The position numbers and the translations under genes are program-made. The notes beneath the pieces are model-generated. The model saw only the letters and a program-made list of their open reading frames with translations, was not told the DNA's origin and did no database searches. From contig CM000150.2 in assembly GCA_000004695.1 (NCBI GenBank), forward strand, positions 3,904,001-3,968,000: DNA of 64,000 bases. Reading direction: 5' to 3'. Below, one piece after another: positions 1-12,959 of this stretch (its first letter is position 1; every line of letters starts with the position of its first letter). The DNA comes from Dictyostelium discoideum. Taxonomy: Eukaryota.

Positions 1-1
1 T

Positions 2-826
2 TTTAAAGGTCATAAAGAATATTTAAAATTATTATTAGCAGATGGTAAACAGCAAAAACCTGATAAATTTGGTGTAACATCATTACAAATTGCAATTCAA
101 AGAGGATTTTTCGATAGTGCTATATTAATTGTTGAAAGTGGTCTAGTTGATCCAAATCAAAGGGATACTAAACCTGGTATTAGATTATCACCATTACATT
201 TATCATTAAATCATTCAAATCCATCAATTGATTTAATTAAATTATTATTAAAAAAAGGTGCAAATGTTAATCAAGAATCAACTGATAAAAGAACACCTTT
301 ATTCCGTGCTTGCCAACTTTCAAGAGAAGACATCATTCAATTACTATTAGAATATGGTGCAAATATTAACATTCAAGATAATCCAAAAACTAATGGTTGG
401 GAATATTATAGAGTTTCAACTCCTTTACATATTTCAGTTTCAAAAGGTGATTACAATGTATGTTATTTATTTTTTATTTTATTTTATTTATTTTATTTTA
501 TTTTTGTAAATTTAGTACTAATTGGTGATATCATTCAAAAATTATTGATTTAGATTGTAAAATTATTATTAGAAAAAGGAGGTAATGCAAATTTAAGATT
601 AATGGATGATTGTGGTGAAAGTTTACTTCATGTTGCAGCATTAAATGGTGATATAGAAATGTCAAAATTATTAATTGAAAATGGTGCTGATTTTAATGCA
701 TTGGATTGTTATGAAGCAACACCATTAGATTATGCACAATCTGGTTATCAATCTAATTTAGAATATGTTGAATTTTTAAAATCAAATTATAAAAATATTA
801 AAAATGGAAAAGGAAGAAAAATGTAA
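2..826 (+). CDS. ankyrin-repeat protein, 5'-partial; exons 2..457 and 554..826 with a 96-bp phase-0 intron
   Basis: Frame-2 translation gives consecutive ANK motifs (TPLHLSLNHSNPSIDLIKLLLKKGANVN, RTPLFRACQLSREDIIQLLLEYGANINIQD, DCGESLLHVAALNGDIEMSKLLIENGADFNALD). Canonical GTATGT donor at 458 and TAG acceptor ending at 553. Both exons are in the same frame. Stop at 824-826. Confidence 0.7.
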
Positions 827-925
827 AAAAAAAAACAAACAAACAAACAATAAAAAATAAATATATTTATATATATATATATATACTTTATTATATATAT
901 ATAATAATATATATATATAATAATA

Positions 926-2193
926 TCAATCTTTATAAATTATTGGTTCCCAAATATTATTATCTGTATTCAAATGAAATTGAGATATTTTCCAATTTAA
1001 TTTCTTTTGATACTCAAGTATTTTTGATCTCTCTTTTGAAATATTAATTTTTTCACCCTTGCTAATTGGTACTATAATATCTTTCCAAACAATTGAAGAA
1101 TCTGTTGGTAAAATATCAGGAATTATTTTTGTAAAATAATTAAATGGTCTTTTATAAAGAAGTTTAGTTTCTTTAGTTTTACAATTTATAATTTCCATTT
1201 CATTTGACCAAGAACCATTTATTTTAAATAGTGGATTTGGATCATCACCATATAATAATTTAGCCTCAACCATATTTACATTTCCACCAATTAATGGTTT
1301 TGCAAGATTTGTTTTTTTTATATAATATTTTGAATTTTTAGATGTAATGGTAGTTTCACCACAATATTCAACAAATCCTCTTAAATAACGACCATAGAGA
1401 GTTGGATTGGTTATTGTATACTCTTCATTAAATTTTTCAAAACGAATAATAATATTACCAATTATTGGTAGTTTAATATTTGTTCCATTAAAAATTGTTT
1501 TTGTTTCAGTATTAAAGTGTACTTTTACACCTTCTCTTTTATTATAAATACATGATCCAACAAAAGCTTTTTCTTGATCCAATGTCTCTACCATATAGTA
1601 ATTATCTTTAATTATTTTTTCACTTTTATCTTGTTCATCAATAATTGTAACGTGAAAATTTGAACTTTTTGTTTCACCATTAACCGAACGAAGTGGTGAT
1701 CTAGTTGAATCTTCAATAATAGGTTTTATTGATAAAATATATTTAAAAACTCCTAATAATCTTTCAATTTCATTGTCTATATTTGATCTTTTTTTTTTAT
1801 TTTTTTATTTTTTTTTTTTTTAATCAAAATTAATTTTATTAAATTTAAATTTAAATCAATAAAATAATTGAATATTTACTTTAATAAAATATCAAATTCC
1901 CTTGCCATATTATCTGAATAATATTCATGTGTTGAATGGGGGAGTAAAAAACTTGACGCAAATTCAAAATGAGTTAAATCTGTTCCAATACCTATACCAT
2001 TTTTTTTAATAAATGAAAGAACAATGTGTAGTCTCGATGCACCAGAATTTTCAAGCTTTTCTAAATTCTCAATTTCTAAATCAGTTGGTGGTGATAGTTC
2101 TTTACAAGTTGTTTTAACATCAACTTCATTTTCTTCTTGATCAATAATTTCTTCTTTTTTATTATTTTTATTTAATATTTTAGTTTTTGCCAT
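926..2193 (-). CDS. oxysterol-binding protein (OSBP/ORP) family, short ORD-only member; exons 1880..2193 and 926..1787, 92-bp phase-2 intron
   Basis: N-terminal exon has the ORD lid motif ([20 protein letters not shown]). Second exon is colinear with the neighbouring paralog ([28 protein letters not shown], NLxREKSKI). Donor is AA|GTAAAT at 1879. Acceptor AG on the minus strand is at plus 1789-1788 (exon starts at plus 1787). Exon lengths 314+862 keep the frame. The OSBP fingerprint EQVSHHPP is degenerate here ([10 protein letters not shown]). Confidence 0.7.
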
Positions 2194-2623
2194 TTTTATG
2201 TATTTATTTAAATAAACATAAAAAAAAAAAAAAAGAATTTAATTATTTATACCTTTTTTTTTAAATAATATTATTGTGGTTTAAAAAAAAAAAAAATTAC
2301 TTTAATTGTTATAAATTTAAAAAAAAAAATAAACAAACACCAGATGAGATAAAATCTTATTTTTTATTTTTTTTTTGTATAAAAAAAAAAAATAAAAGAT
2401 TTGTAAGTTTAATTTTTTTAAAACTATTTACAAATCGATTAATATTTTCAAATAAAAAAAACACATATAGAAAAATTAATTATTATTATTATTTTTTTTT
2501 TTTTTTTTAATTGTTGTGATCATTTTTTTATTTTCACAATAATTTTTATTATTATTTTATTTTTTTTTTTTTTTTTATAAATTTATTTTTAAAAATGTTA
2601 TTTATAAAATTAATTAAAAAATT

Positions 2624-3837
2624 TTAATCATTTAATAATTTTGGTTCCCAAACACCCATTTCAAGATTTAAAAAGAATTGTGATGGAGCCCAATTTAAAG
2701 TTTTTTGATTTTCAATTATTTTTGATTTTTCTCTTGCTAAATTGATAGGTTTACCTTGAGCAACAGATTGAATGATTTTACCCCAAACTACACTTGAATC
2801 AGTATTTAAAATTGTTGGAGTGAAATTTGTAGTAGTTGTAATATTTTTAAAGAATGGTTTTGTTTCATTTGTTTTTAAATTTGTTATTTTACTTTCACCA
2901 TCCCATTGACCACTAATTTTATATATTGGTTTTGAATCAATACCATTATAAACTTTAGCTTCATATGCATGATAATTACCACCAATTAACGGTTTTGCAA
3001 TATAATTTGTTGAAACAAAACATTTTGATTTATTTGATTTAATTGAACCTTCACCACAATATTCAACGAAACCTCTCATGAAACGACTATGTAAAACTGG
3101 GAATTCAATATCATATTCCTCATCAAATTTATCAAAACGTACATATTTTCTACCAGTTGTTGGGGTTTTTACATTTGTAATTTGAAATACAATCTTTGAT
3201 TCATGGTTAAATAATGCTTTTACGCCTTCCTTTTTATTATATATACAAGTCGCAGTATTTGGTGGTAATTCACTAACTTGTTCAGTTATTAAATAATTAT
3301 CTGAAATTAAATCATTTGGACTATTTAAATCTGGTGTTTGAAAATTTAATGATTGAGTTTCACCAATAACTGCATTCAATGGAACTTTCATACAATCTTC
3401 TGGAATTTTATGTATTGTTGTTGAATATTTAAAAACTTCAATTAATCTATCCATTTCATTTTCAATTTTATTTGCACTAAAAATAAATAAAAAAAAAAAA
3501 AAAAACATAATAAAATTAAAATTATTATTATAAAGGATTGTTTTTTTATAATAAAAAAATTAAATAAATACCGTAATAAAATATTGAAATGATTTGCAAA
3601 ATTATTTGAAAAGAAATTTAAAGTTGAAAAAGGTGCTATAAAAGATGATGGATATTCCACTTGTGATAAATCACTTCCAAGTCCTAATCCTAATCTTTTT
3701 GCCATACTTGCAATCGCTACTATCTTTGATTGAGATGAATTATCAATTGCATCCATTTCTTCTTCTGTTAATTTCCCTGGTTTAACTCCATTTTCTATAC
3801 TATTCTCTTCTGTTAATTTTCTATCTGATTTTCCCAT
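2624..3837 (-). CDS. oxysterol-binding protein (OSBP/ORP) family paralog; exons 3572..3837 and 2624..3476, 95-bp phase-2 intron
   Basis: Contains a recognisable OSBP signature (ITEQVSELPPNTATCIYN) plus the lid motif (LGLGLGSDLSQVEYPSSFIAPFS). Donor is CG|GTATTT and acceptor TTTTAG. About 45-50% identical to the upstream copy along the whole ORD. Confidence 0.75.
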
Positions 3838-3999
3838 ATTCTTTTTTATTATTTTATTTTTTGTATAAAATTATTATAATAATTATATTTAAAAATTAAA
3901 AAAATTACCACTGTTTTTAACAAATAAATAATATTTTTTTAATTTAAAAAAAAAAATATAAAATATAAAATAACAATTAATTATTTAAATAATATTTTT

Positions 4000-4042
<43 letters not shown>

Positions 4043-4171
4043 AAGATAAAAAATAACAATAATCTTTTTTTATCTCACAAATTTTAGAACCCACACACAC
4101 ACAATAATAGTAATTTTTAATGGGCTAAAATAGCATAATATATTTAAATATAATTTTGGAGATTCAAACCT

Positions 4172-4209
<38 letters not shown>

Positions 4210-4490
4210 ATGTAAAATTTTGTAGTTTGGCAGTAATAATGTGAAAACATTAAAGTAAACACCATTTCAATATTAATAAATAAAGACAATTAATGGACCA
4301 ATTAAAATAATTATTGAACAATTTCATACAAGTTATTAAAAAAAAAAAAAAAAATTACATTGAAATGCTATTTACACGCTATTTCTTTTTATTTTTTTTT
4401 TTTTTATTTATTCTTATTTAAGACATAATTGAAATATTAATCATTTTTAATAGATTTTGAAATTGAGGTTGCAAACTAAATATTTAATTA

Positions 4491-5660
4491 TTAAAATAGA
4501 AATAAAATTAGTAATCTTTTTTTTTTTTTTTTGGTTTTTTTTTTATGGATAGAAAAATTATATATAATTTTTACATTAAAAGAAGTTTCTGGTAATAAAT
4601 ATAATTGAGTTTCAGAAGTTGGAATTTGAGATAATTTATCTAAATAATTTGAACTAACCAAATAACCAGTTGTACTAACATTTGAATTATCAATACCTTT
4701 ACGAATGAGACGAATTACCTCGGCGTCAGCTTGACTTTTTAAACGTTTGGATTCAGCAAAACCTTTAGCATTTTGAATGGATACAGTTTTATCAGACTCT
4801 GAAGAGAGTACGACCTTTGCAGCCAAACCTTTACTTTTTACAATCATACTTTCTTTTTCACCTTCAGCATGGAGTATAACGGATCTCTTTTCACGATCTC
4901 TTTGTATTTGCATCTCCATTGCATGTTTAATATCTTTTGGAGGTCTAATACCAGCTACCTCGACACGTTTAATAGTGACACCCCATCTTTCAGCATCTTT
5001 CATTGTACGTTCTTTCAATTGTGAATTAATGAATTCCCTCGATGAGAATGTATCATCTAATGTCAATGTTGCAATAATATTACGTAGAGTAGTTTGTGCT
5101 AACAATTCAACAGAGTCTGGTAAATTTTGAACTGAATACACAGCTGCCATTGGATCTGTCACTTGAATATACATTAGGGCATCTATATTAATTTGAACGG
5201 TATCTTTGGTAATAACATGTTGTCTTCCAAATGTAATAACATGTTCTCTCATATCGATTCTATCAGTATTTTGAATCATGACTTGAGTTTTCTTTGCACC
5301 AACAGGTAAATCAACATATCTCCAATGTATAACTCTTGGTGAATCTATAAAAGGTGCTAAAATATGTATACCAGGATTTAAAATTCTATGATATCTACCA
5401 AATCTTTCAATGATCATAACTTCAGTATGTCTAACTATCTTTATTATCTTTTTTGAAATTATTAATGTTAAAAATAATATTGAAAATACAATTATATACA
5501 ATGCTATTGCCAATCCAACTCTGGCATTTGAGTCTTCTCCATCACCACCACCACTATTATTGATATTATTATTTGGTATAAATGTACTACTACTATCTGC
5601 CCATGTTCCAACAATTCTATCACCATTAGTTTTTAAATAATCTAATATTTCAATCCCCAT
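4491..5660 (-). CDS. stomatin / SPFH (band-7) family protein with N-terminal hydrophobic hairpin; 3' end may be spliced (alternative last exon 4447..4485)
   Basis: Strong match to the stomatin core (LAQTTLRNIIATLTLDDTFSSREFIN...ERWGVTIKRVEVAGIRPP...ILHAEGEKES). Hydrophobic segment VGLAIALYIIVFSILFLTLII precedes the SPFH domain. The unspliced ORF ends in a K/F-rich tail translated from A-rich DNA. A donor AAT|GTAAAA at 4574 and acceptor TTTAG at 4486 would give ...LLPETSFN+FATSISKSIKND* instead. Confidence 0.75.
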   Translation of the reverse strand: MGIEILDYLKTNGDRIVGTWADSSSTFIPNNNINNSGGGDGEDSNARVGLAIALYIIVFSILFLTLIISKKIIKIVRHTEVMIIERFGRYHRILNPGIHILAPFIDSPRVIHWRYVDLPVGAKKTQVMIQNTDRIDMREHVITFGRQHVITKDTVQINIDALMYIQVTDPMAAVYSVQNLPDSVELLAQTTLRNIIATLTLDDTFSSREFINSQLKERTMKDAERWGVTIKRVEVAGIRPPKDIKHAMEMQIQRDREKRSVILHAEGEKESMIVKSKGLAAKVVLSSESDKTVSIQNAKGFAESKRLKSQADAEVIRLIRKGIDNSNVSTTGYLVSSNYLDKLSQIPTSETQLYLLPETSFNVKIIYNFSIHKKKTKKKKKRLLILFLF

Positions 5661-5749
5661 TCTTTTTTTTTTTTAAAAAAAAAAAAGGATTTAATATGTA
5701 TTTTGTTGTTTATTATTTATTTATCTATATATTAATGTATTTATTTATA

Positions 5750-5805
5750 TTTCTTTCTTTATTTCTTTATTTCTTTATTTCTTTATTTCTTTATTTCTTT
5801 ATTTC
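5750..5805. repeat. (CTTTATTT)n minisatellite, about 7 units
   Basis: Direct reading: tttctttatttctttatttctttatttc... Confidence 0.85.
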
Positions 5806-6093
5806 TTTATTAATTTATTTATTAATTTATTTATTATTTTTATAAACAAAGTAGAAAAAAAATTTTTCTTTGATTTTTTTTTTTTTTTTTTTTTTTATTT
5901 TAATATTTTTTTTTTTTTTTTTTTTTCAGTTGGCAAATTTATCAAACACCAAAAATTTATATTATTATTATTATAAACTGTAAAATAAATAAATTAATTA
6001 ATAATAAATATTAAATAATAAATAATTTATTTTAATATGAACTTAATATAGAAATAGTATTCAAAATACACAATTCGATATAAAAAAAAAAAG

Positions 6094-6124
<31 letters not shown>

Positions 6125-6223
6125 CAAAAATTTTATTTTTAGAATTTAATTATTTATCATTATGAATATCATGGTTTAAGTTTTGATCAAAACAGAATTG
6201 ATTTTGTTTTTAATAACCACTTT

Positions 6224-6258
<35 letters not shown>

Positions 6259-7016
6259 AGATTTATTAGTTTAAATCTGTTTATTATTAGGTTTTATAAA
6301 AATATGATTTTGTTTTAGTGTTTAACTTTTGTAAGTATCCATCTTGAGGTATTACAGCTGTGGCTATTGAAGTTCTAACTAATCCAATTCTATTGTTTTT
6401 AATAGAGCTTGTAGAAATAAATTATGATCCTCATATAATTTAGTACTCTGCGGTATGGTTGAAAAATAATTATCATAAAACTATTGTCAAGGATGCTTTT
6501 AACCGCACCTTAAAATTATAATATTTATTGATTAATTTTCATTTTTTTTTTTTTTTTCATATTACCTGTCGTATCCCACAAGTTAAAAAAAAAAAAAAAA
6601 ATAAAAATAAAAATAATAATAATAATAATAAAAATAATAATAATAATTATTATTGTTTTTTTAATAAGTAACACATAATAATAAATATAGAAATAAAAAT
6701 AAAAATAAACAAAATATAAATATAAATTTTATTTATAAATAGTTCAAATTTCCTTTATTAATATTCAAATAAACGAATGCATAGTTTCATTTGACTAATT
6801 AATAAAATGAGTCATCCAAAATAAAAAAAATAAAAAAAAAAAAAAAATAAAAAATATCATTTTTTAAAAATTTTTTATTTTTTATTTTTTGTTTTTTTTT
6901 TTATTTTTATATTTAATTAATGTCAAGTAATAAAATAAAAAAATAAAATAATTATAACAATAATAATAATAATAAAATAATAAAAAAATAAAAAAATAAA
7001 TATATAGAATTTAAAA

Positions 7017-8100
<1,084 letters not shown>

Positions 8101-8176
8101 ATAAAATAAACGATTTTTAAATAATAGAACAAAAAAAAAAAAAAAAAAAAAAAGAGTAATAACAATTTTTATTATA

Positions 8177-8269
<93 letters not shown>

Positions 8270-8888
8270 ATTAAATAATAATTTTAAAATAAAAAAAATA
8301 AGGAAATTATATGAAATAATCATTTAATTTAAAATGATGGTAATATATAAATAAATAAATAAACTAATTAATTAATTAATTAACTATGTGATTAATAATA
8401 ATTAATCATAATGATTAAAAAAAAAAATAATAATAATAATAATAATATAAAGTTTTTTTTTTATTATTTTATTTATTTTTATTTACACGTGCTTTAAACA
8501 ATTTTTCATTTGTTTTTCATATTTAATTTAATATGAAAAATATATTAATATATTTTATTTAAATTTTAATAGTGTTATTAAATTGGAGTGGATTTTTATA
8601 ATTATTTTTTCATTTGCTATAAAAAATAAAAAAATATTAAAAATTAAATAAAAAAAATTAAATAAAAAAATAATTAAAAAATGGGAAAATTTAAAAAAAA
8701 AATATTAAATACATGTGCACCACAAACACACTCTTGATCTTTTAAAAATAAAAACAAACAATGACTAAACAATCTAAAACTAATTGTTAATTGTTAACTA
8801 CCTTTATCAATCTTCCTGGGGAATTAAAATTTTAATAAAAAAAAAAAAAAAAAAAAAAAATAAGAATAAGAAAAAGGATTACTTGTTG

Positions 8889-8926
<38 letters not shown>

Positions 8927-9000
8927 CATTATTTAATATATTAATAAAATCACACAAACCACAATAAATAATAATAAAAAAAATAATAAAATTTAAAAAA

Positions 9001-10017
9001 ATGACAATGGAATTTATAGTATCAAATTATAATACTGGAAATTATAATATTAGTAATAGTGGAGAAATATTTAATACGGGAGGGTTAAATAATCCATTGG
9101 CAGTAATTTATGGGTATTTAGGATGCAATAAATCTATATTAATTGGCCAATATTCGAGTATTTGGACAAATAGAGGATTCAATGTTTTAATTTATTATCC
9201 ATCTTCAATTTTATCAAATTATAGAAAAGGTGTGAAAATTTTAAATACATGGATAAATAAATATTTTAATGAGAATCCATATAGGTCAAAAGTATTAGCA
9301 TTTCATTCAATTTCATCTGGTGCAAATTGTTTAGCATATCATTTGAAATTAATGATGAATGATAAATACTCAAATTCAATATCAATGATTAAAGCATGTT
9401 TATTTGATAACATTTCAAATTTTAATAATTCAATATTATCTTTAAAAAATAATTTAATTTCAAGTGGTGATATTTTTAAATTAATAAGATCAATATTTTT
9501 ACCTTTTTTTATACCTTTATGGGGTTGGGGGGGAAAAAATGAGTTTAAATATTTAATTTCAAAAAATGTAAAACCAAAACCAAAAATATTTTTTTTTTTT
9601 TTTGCTTTTTATTTATTTTAATTATTATTAATTTTTTTATTTTATTTTTAAAAAAAAAAAATTCTCTAAAAATAGAATAAATTTCATTATTTAGTAATTT
9701 ATAATAGTGGTTATAATAATAATGATAATAGTAAAACTTTTATTAAAACTTTAAAACAAAAAGGAAATCAATTCAATGAAAAAAATTCAGATTCTGGAAT
9801 TATTTTAATTGAAAAAGTAATTCACGAGAATAATTCACAAATATATTCAGATTGTACAAATCAATTGATTGATTTAATAATATACAATTACAATAAATGT
9901 AACAGTATCGATAATTATAATAATAATAATAATAATATTAAAACCAATAATAGTAATAATAATAATAACAATAGTAATATTAGACATCAAAATAGTAAAA
10001 ACACAATGTATTGGTGA
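9001..10017 (+). CDS. TMEM53 / DUF829-like alpha/beta-hydrolase-fold protein; join(9001..9567,9676..10017)
   Basis: NPLAVIYGYLGCNKSILIGQYSSIWTNRGFNVLIYYPS matches the TMEM53 core (PLVILLGWGGC...Y..G.....Y). Donor AAT|GTAAAA at 9568, acceptor AAAATAG at 9675. Second exon is in frame and ends TGA at 10015-10017. Confidence 0.55.
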
Positions 10018-10309
10018 AATTAAAAAATTTTTAAATAAAAATAAAAAAAAAAAAAAATTTAATTTAATTTTGGAACTTTCAAAAAAAAAAAAAAATATCA
10101 AAATAATTTTTATTTAAGTTTTAAATCTAATATGAAGGTGGACAGGAGGGTTTGTATTTTTCATTTTTTTTTTTTTTTAATTTTTTTTATTTTTGAAAAT
10201 TTTTTTGAAAAAAAAAAAAAAAAAAAAAAAAAAATAAAAAAAAGGTTTAATATATTTTTTTTGATCACTTTTAATTAAACTGTTTAAAATAAAAAAAATA
10301 ATAATAGGA

Positions 10310-11255
10310 ATGGAATCAGTTATTGGACAAGTAAATCAAGTAATTAAAACTACATTAGGACCAGAATGGGATTTAAGTTTACTCATTAGTAAAGCTTTAG
10401 GTTATGGAATTATTGCAGGCTCATTATTATTAAAAGTACCACAAATACTTAAAGTTGCAAGTAGCAAATCTGCAGAATCTTTATCTGCTTCATCAATTGC
10501 CATGGAAAATATTGGGTATGTTAAAAAACATATATATATATATATATATATATTTTAAAAGATTATAATTAATTATTAATTAATAAATTATCATCACCAT
10601 AATCGAAATAGTTTCACAATTTCACTCCTTGCAGGTTATAAATTATTGAATCCATTTTCAACCTATGGTGAAAGTGCATTCATTTTAGTTCAAAATTTCT
10701 TCCTTTTAATTTTAGTTTTAAAATATACTCAAAAATTAAATGCTGTCTTTTTTACTGGTTTAGCTTTGTAAGTATTATTTATATATATAAAAAAAAAAAA
10801 TAAAAAAATAAAAAAAATAAAAAAAATAAAAAAATAAAAATTAACCCATTCCATCCACCCATCCATCGATCCATCAATTTAATATTAAACAGATATGCAG
10901 GAGCTGTTTTTGCTGCATTAAATTATGTCGATAACGATGGTTTCAATTTATTATTGGTAAATTTTAAATTATATATTTATAGATATATATAGATATATAG
11001 ATAATGATCATTATATTAATATAGGGAAAAATTAATAATCAATTTATTTTTACATACTATAAATATATATATAATAAATAGAAACTCAATATTCCATTAT
11101 TCATTATTAGCAAATTCCCACAAATCATTACCATCATCAAGAATAAGAGTGTTGGTCAACTTTCATTCATTACTTGTTTCTTAAATTTGGCTGGTAGTTT
11201 AGCACGTGTTTTCACAACCATCAAAGAAGTTAATAATCCAGTTAGTAAGTATTTA

Positions 11256-11308
<53 letters not shown>

Positions 11309-11463
11309 TACTTTTTTTTTTTTTCTTTTCCTAATAATTTTTAGTTTTATTAAGTTATGGAATTGGAAGTTTCTTAAATAGTATTATTTTAATCCTCTTC
11401 TTTGTATATGGAACTAAAAAAGTACCAGCAAGAAAACAAGTTGGTACTAAGAAAACAAATTAA
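10310..11463 (+). CDS. MPDU1 / Lec35-like PQ-loop protein (mannose-P-dolichol utilisation defect 1 homolog); join(10310..10515,10612..10767,10893..10956,11082..11244,11345..11463)
   Basis: PQ-loop (YGIIAGSLLLKVPQILKVASSKSAESLS). Second half GQLSFITCFLNLAGSLARVFTTIKEVNNPV matches MPDU1 [30 protein letters not shown]. All five exons join in frame across donors GG|GTATGT, TT|GTAAGT, TTG|GTAAAT and A|GTAAGT and acceptors ending AG. Product is 235 aa. Confidence 0.75.
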
Positions 11464-11624
11464 ATTAAAGTTCTTAGTTGGAAAAATAATAATAATAATA
11501 ATAAAAAAAGGTTTTAAATCAATTATTTGTGTAGACTACTATTTACAATTTATTACTCTTTTCGTGTTTTGTTTTTTTTTTTTTTTTTTTCTTTATATTA
11601 TAAATTTTAATTTATGATCACTTC

Positions 11625-11986
11625 TTATTTCTTTTTTGGTTGTTGAGTTTTTTTATTTTTTGTGCTATCTTCTTCAGCTTTTAAGACTGTTAATTTGCCA
11701 TTGTTTTTCTTTAATCTGGTAGTCATTTCAGTTTCAATCTTTTGAGTGATAGCTGATTCTAATTTTCTATTTACTTTAGCTTTGGCTATTGAAATGGCTG
11801 ATTTATTAACTTTTTTCTTTTTATTTAAACCAACTAATTAAAAAAAAAAAAAAAAAAAAAAATTAATTAGTTATTATGTAATAAATATTATTATTATTTT
11901 TATGATTTTGTTGTAAAGTATTTTGTACCTTTAGAAACTTTATTGGTTGCACCAGCTTTTTTAATTTTTAAATTTGATTGTGCCAT
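11625..11986 (-). CDS. L10K / UPF0390 family small basic protein (Leydig-cell-tumor 10 kDa protein homolog); exons 11929..11986 and 11625..11833
   Basis: MAQSNLKIKKAGATNKVSK + VGLNKKKKVNKSAISIAKAKVNRKLESAITQKIETEMTTRLKKNNGKLTVLKAEEDSTKNKKTQQPKKK. Donor AAAG|GTACAA, acceptor TTAATTAG, phase 1. Product is 87 aa, lysine-rich. Confidence 0.55.
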
Positions 11987-12815
11987 TGTTGTGTGTGTAT
12001 GTATGCGTATAGTTGGGAAAAAAAAAAAAAAAAAAAAAAAAAGAAAAAAAGTTTAAAAAACGAAAAAAAAAAAAATTTTATTTTCACTTTTTTTTGGAAT
12101 AAAAAAAAAAAAAAAAAGAAAACTATTTTTAAATAATCAAATAATTATCTTTCTAATTAAGTCATTTTATTTTTATCTTTTTTTTATTTAATAGTTTTAA
12201 TTTAATTTGTTTATTTTTATTTGTTTTATTTTTTTTTATTTTTTATTTTTTATTTTTTTTTTTATTTTATTTTTTTTTCAAAATTGTGGTGTGGGTGAAA
12301 AAAAAAAGAAATATATTTATCTTTCATATTTTCTAATTTTATAATCTTTTTGTAAAAATAATAAAAACAAGAAACATCCTTTTTTTATATTATTTAGGTA
12401 TTATTAATTTGATTTATAATAAATTCTTGAATTAATTATGTGAACTTGGCCATCCACATTTTTTTTTTTTTTTTTTTTTTTTTTCAAAATTGTTTTTTTT
12501 TTTTTTATTTTTTTTTTTTTTTATTTTTATTTTTTTTTTTTTTATTTTTTTTTTTTTTTTATTTTATTTTTTTTTTTTTTTTTTCTCAATCATTTACACA
12601 TCATTACTACATATATACTTTTTTGACCCATTTATTAAAGAAAAAAAAAAAAAAAAGTATTTTAAATAATAATAACTTTTAAAATTAAATAGTTTTTTTT
12701 GTTTTTTTTTTTCAAATAATAATAACTAATAATTAACAAGTAAATAAAATTTTTAGAATAGTAATATTATAATAGAAAAAAAAAAAATTAAAAAAAAAAC
12801 AAAAAAAGAATAAGA

Positions 12816-12920
12816 ATGAGTGAATGGGTACCAAACCAAGATGGTTTAAAACAGTTAGTTTATGTTTTAAATTTATCAAATTCAACATCAAGAGAAGTTC
12901 ATGACCAAATTAGAGAGGTA

Positions 12921-12959
<39 letters not shown>

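Noticed and set aside
2274-2510. ORF 2274-2510 (+) and 12440-12682 (+), poly-F/K peptides
   Set aside because: Translations of oligo(T) and oligo(A) intergenic tracts.
4777-5640. Plus-strand ORFs 4777-5130 and 5410-5640
   Set aside because: Antisense to the stomatin/SPFH CDS. Low-complexity translations.
10060-10160. ORF 9874-10101 (-)
   Set aside because: Reverse-strand translation of the Asn-rich tail of the TMEM53-like gene plus A-tract.
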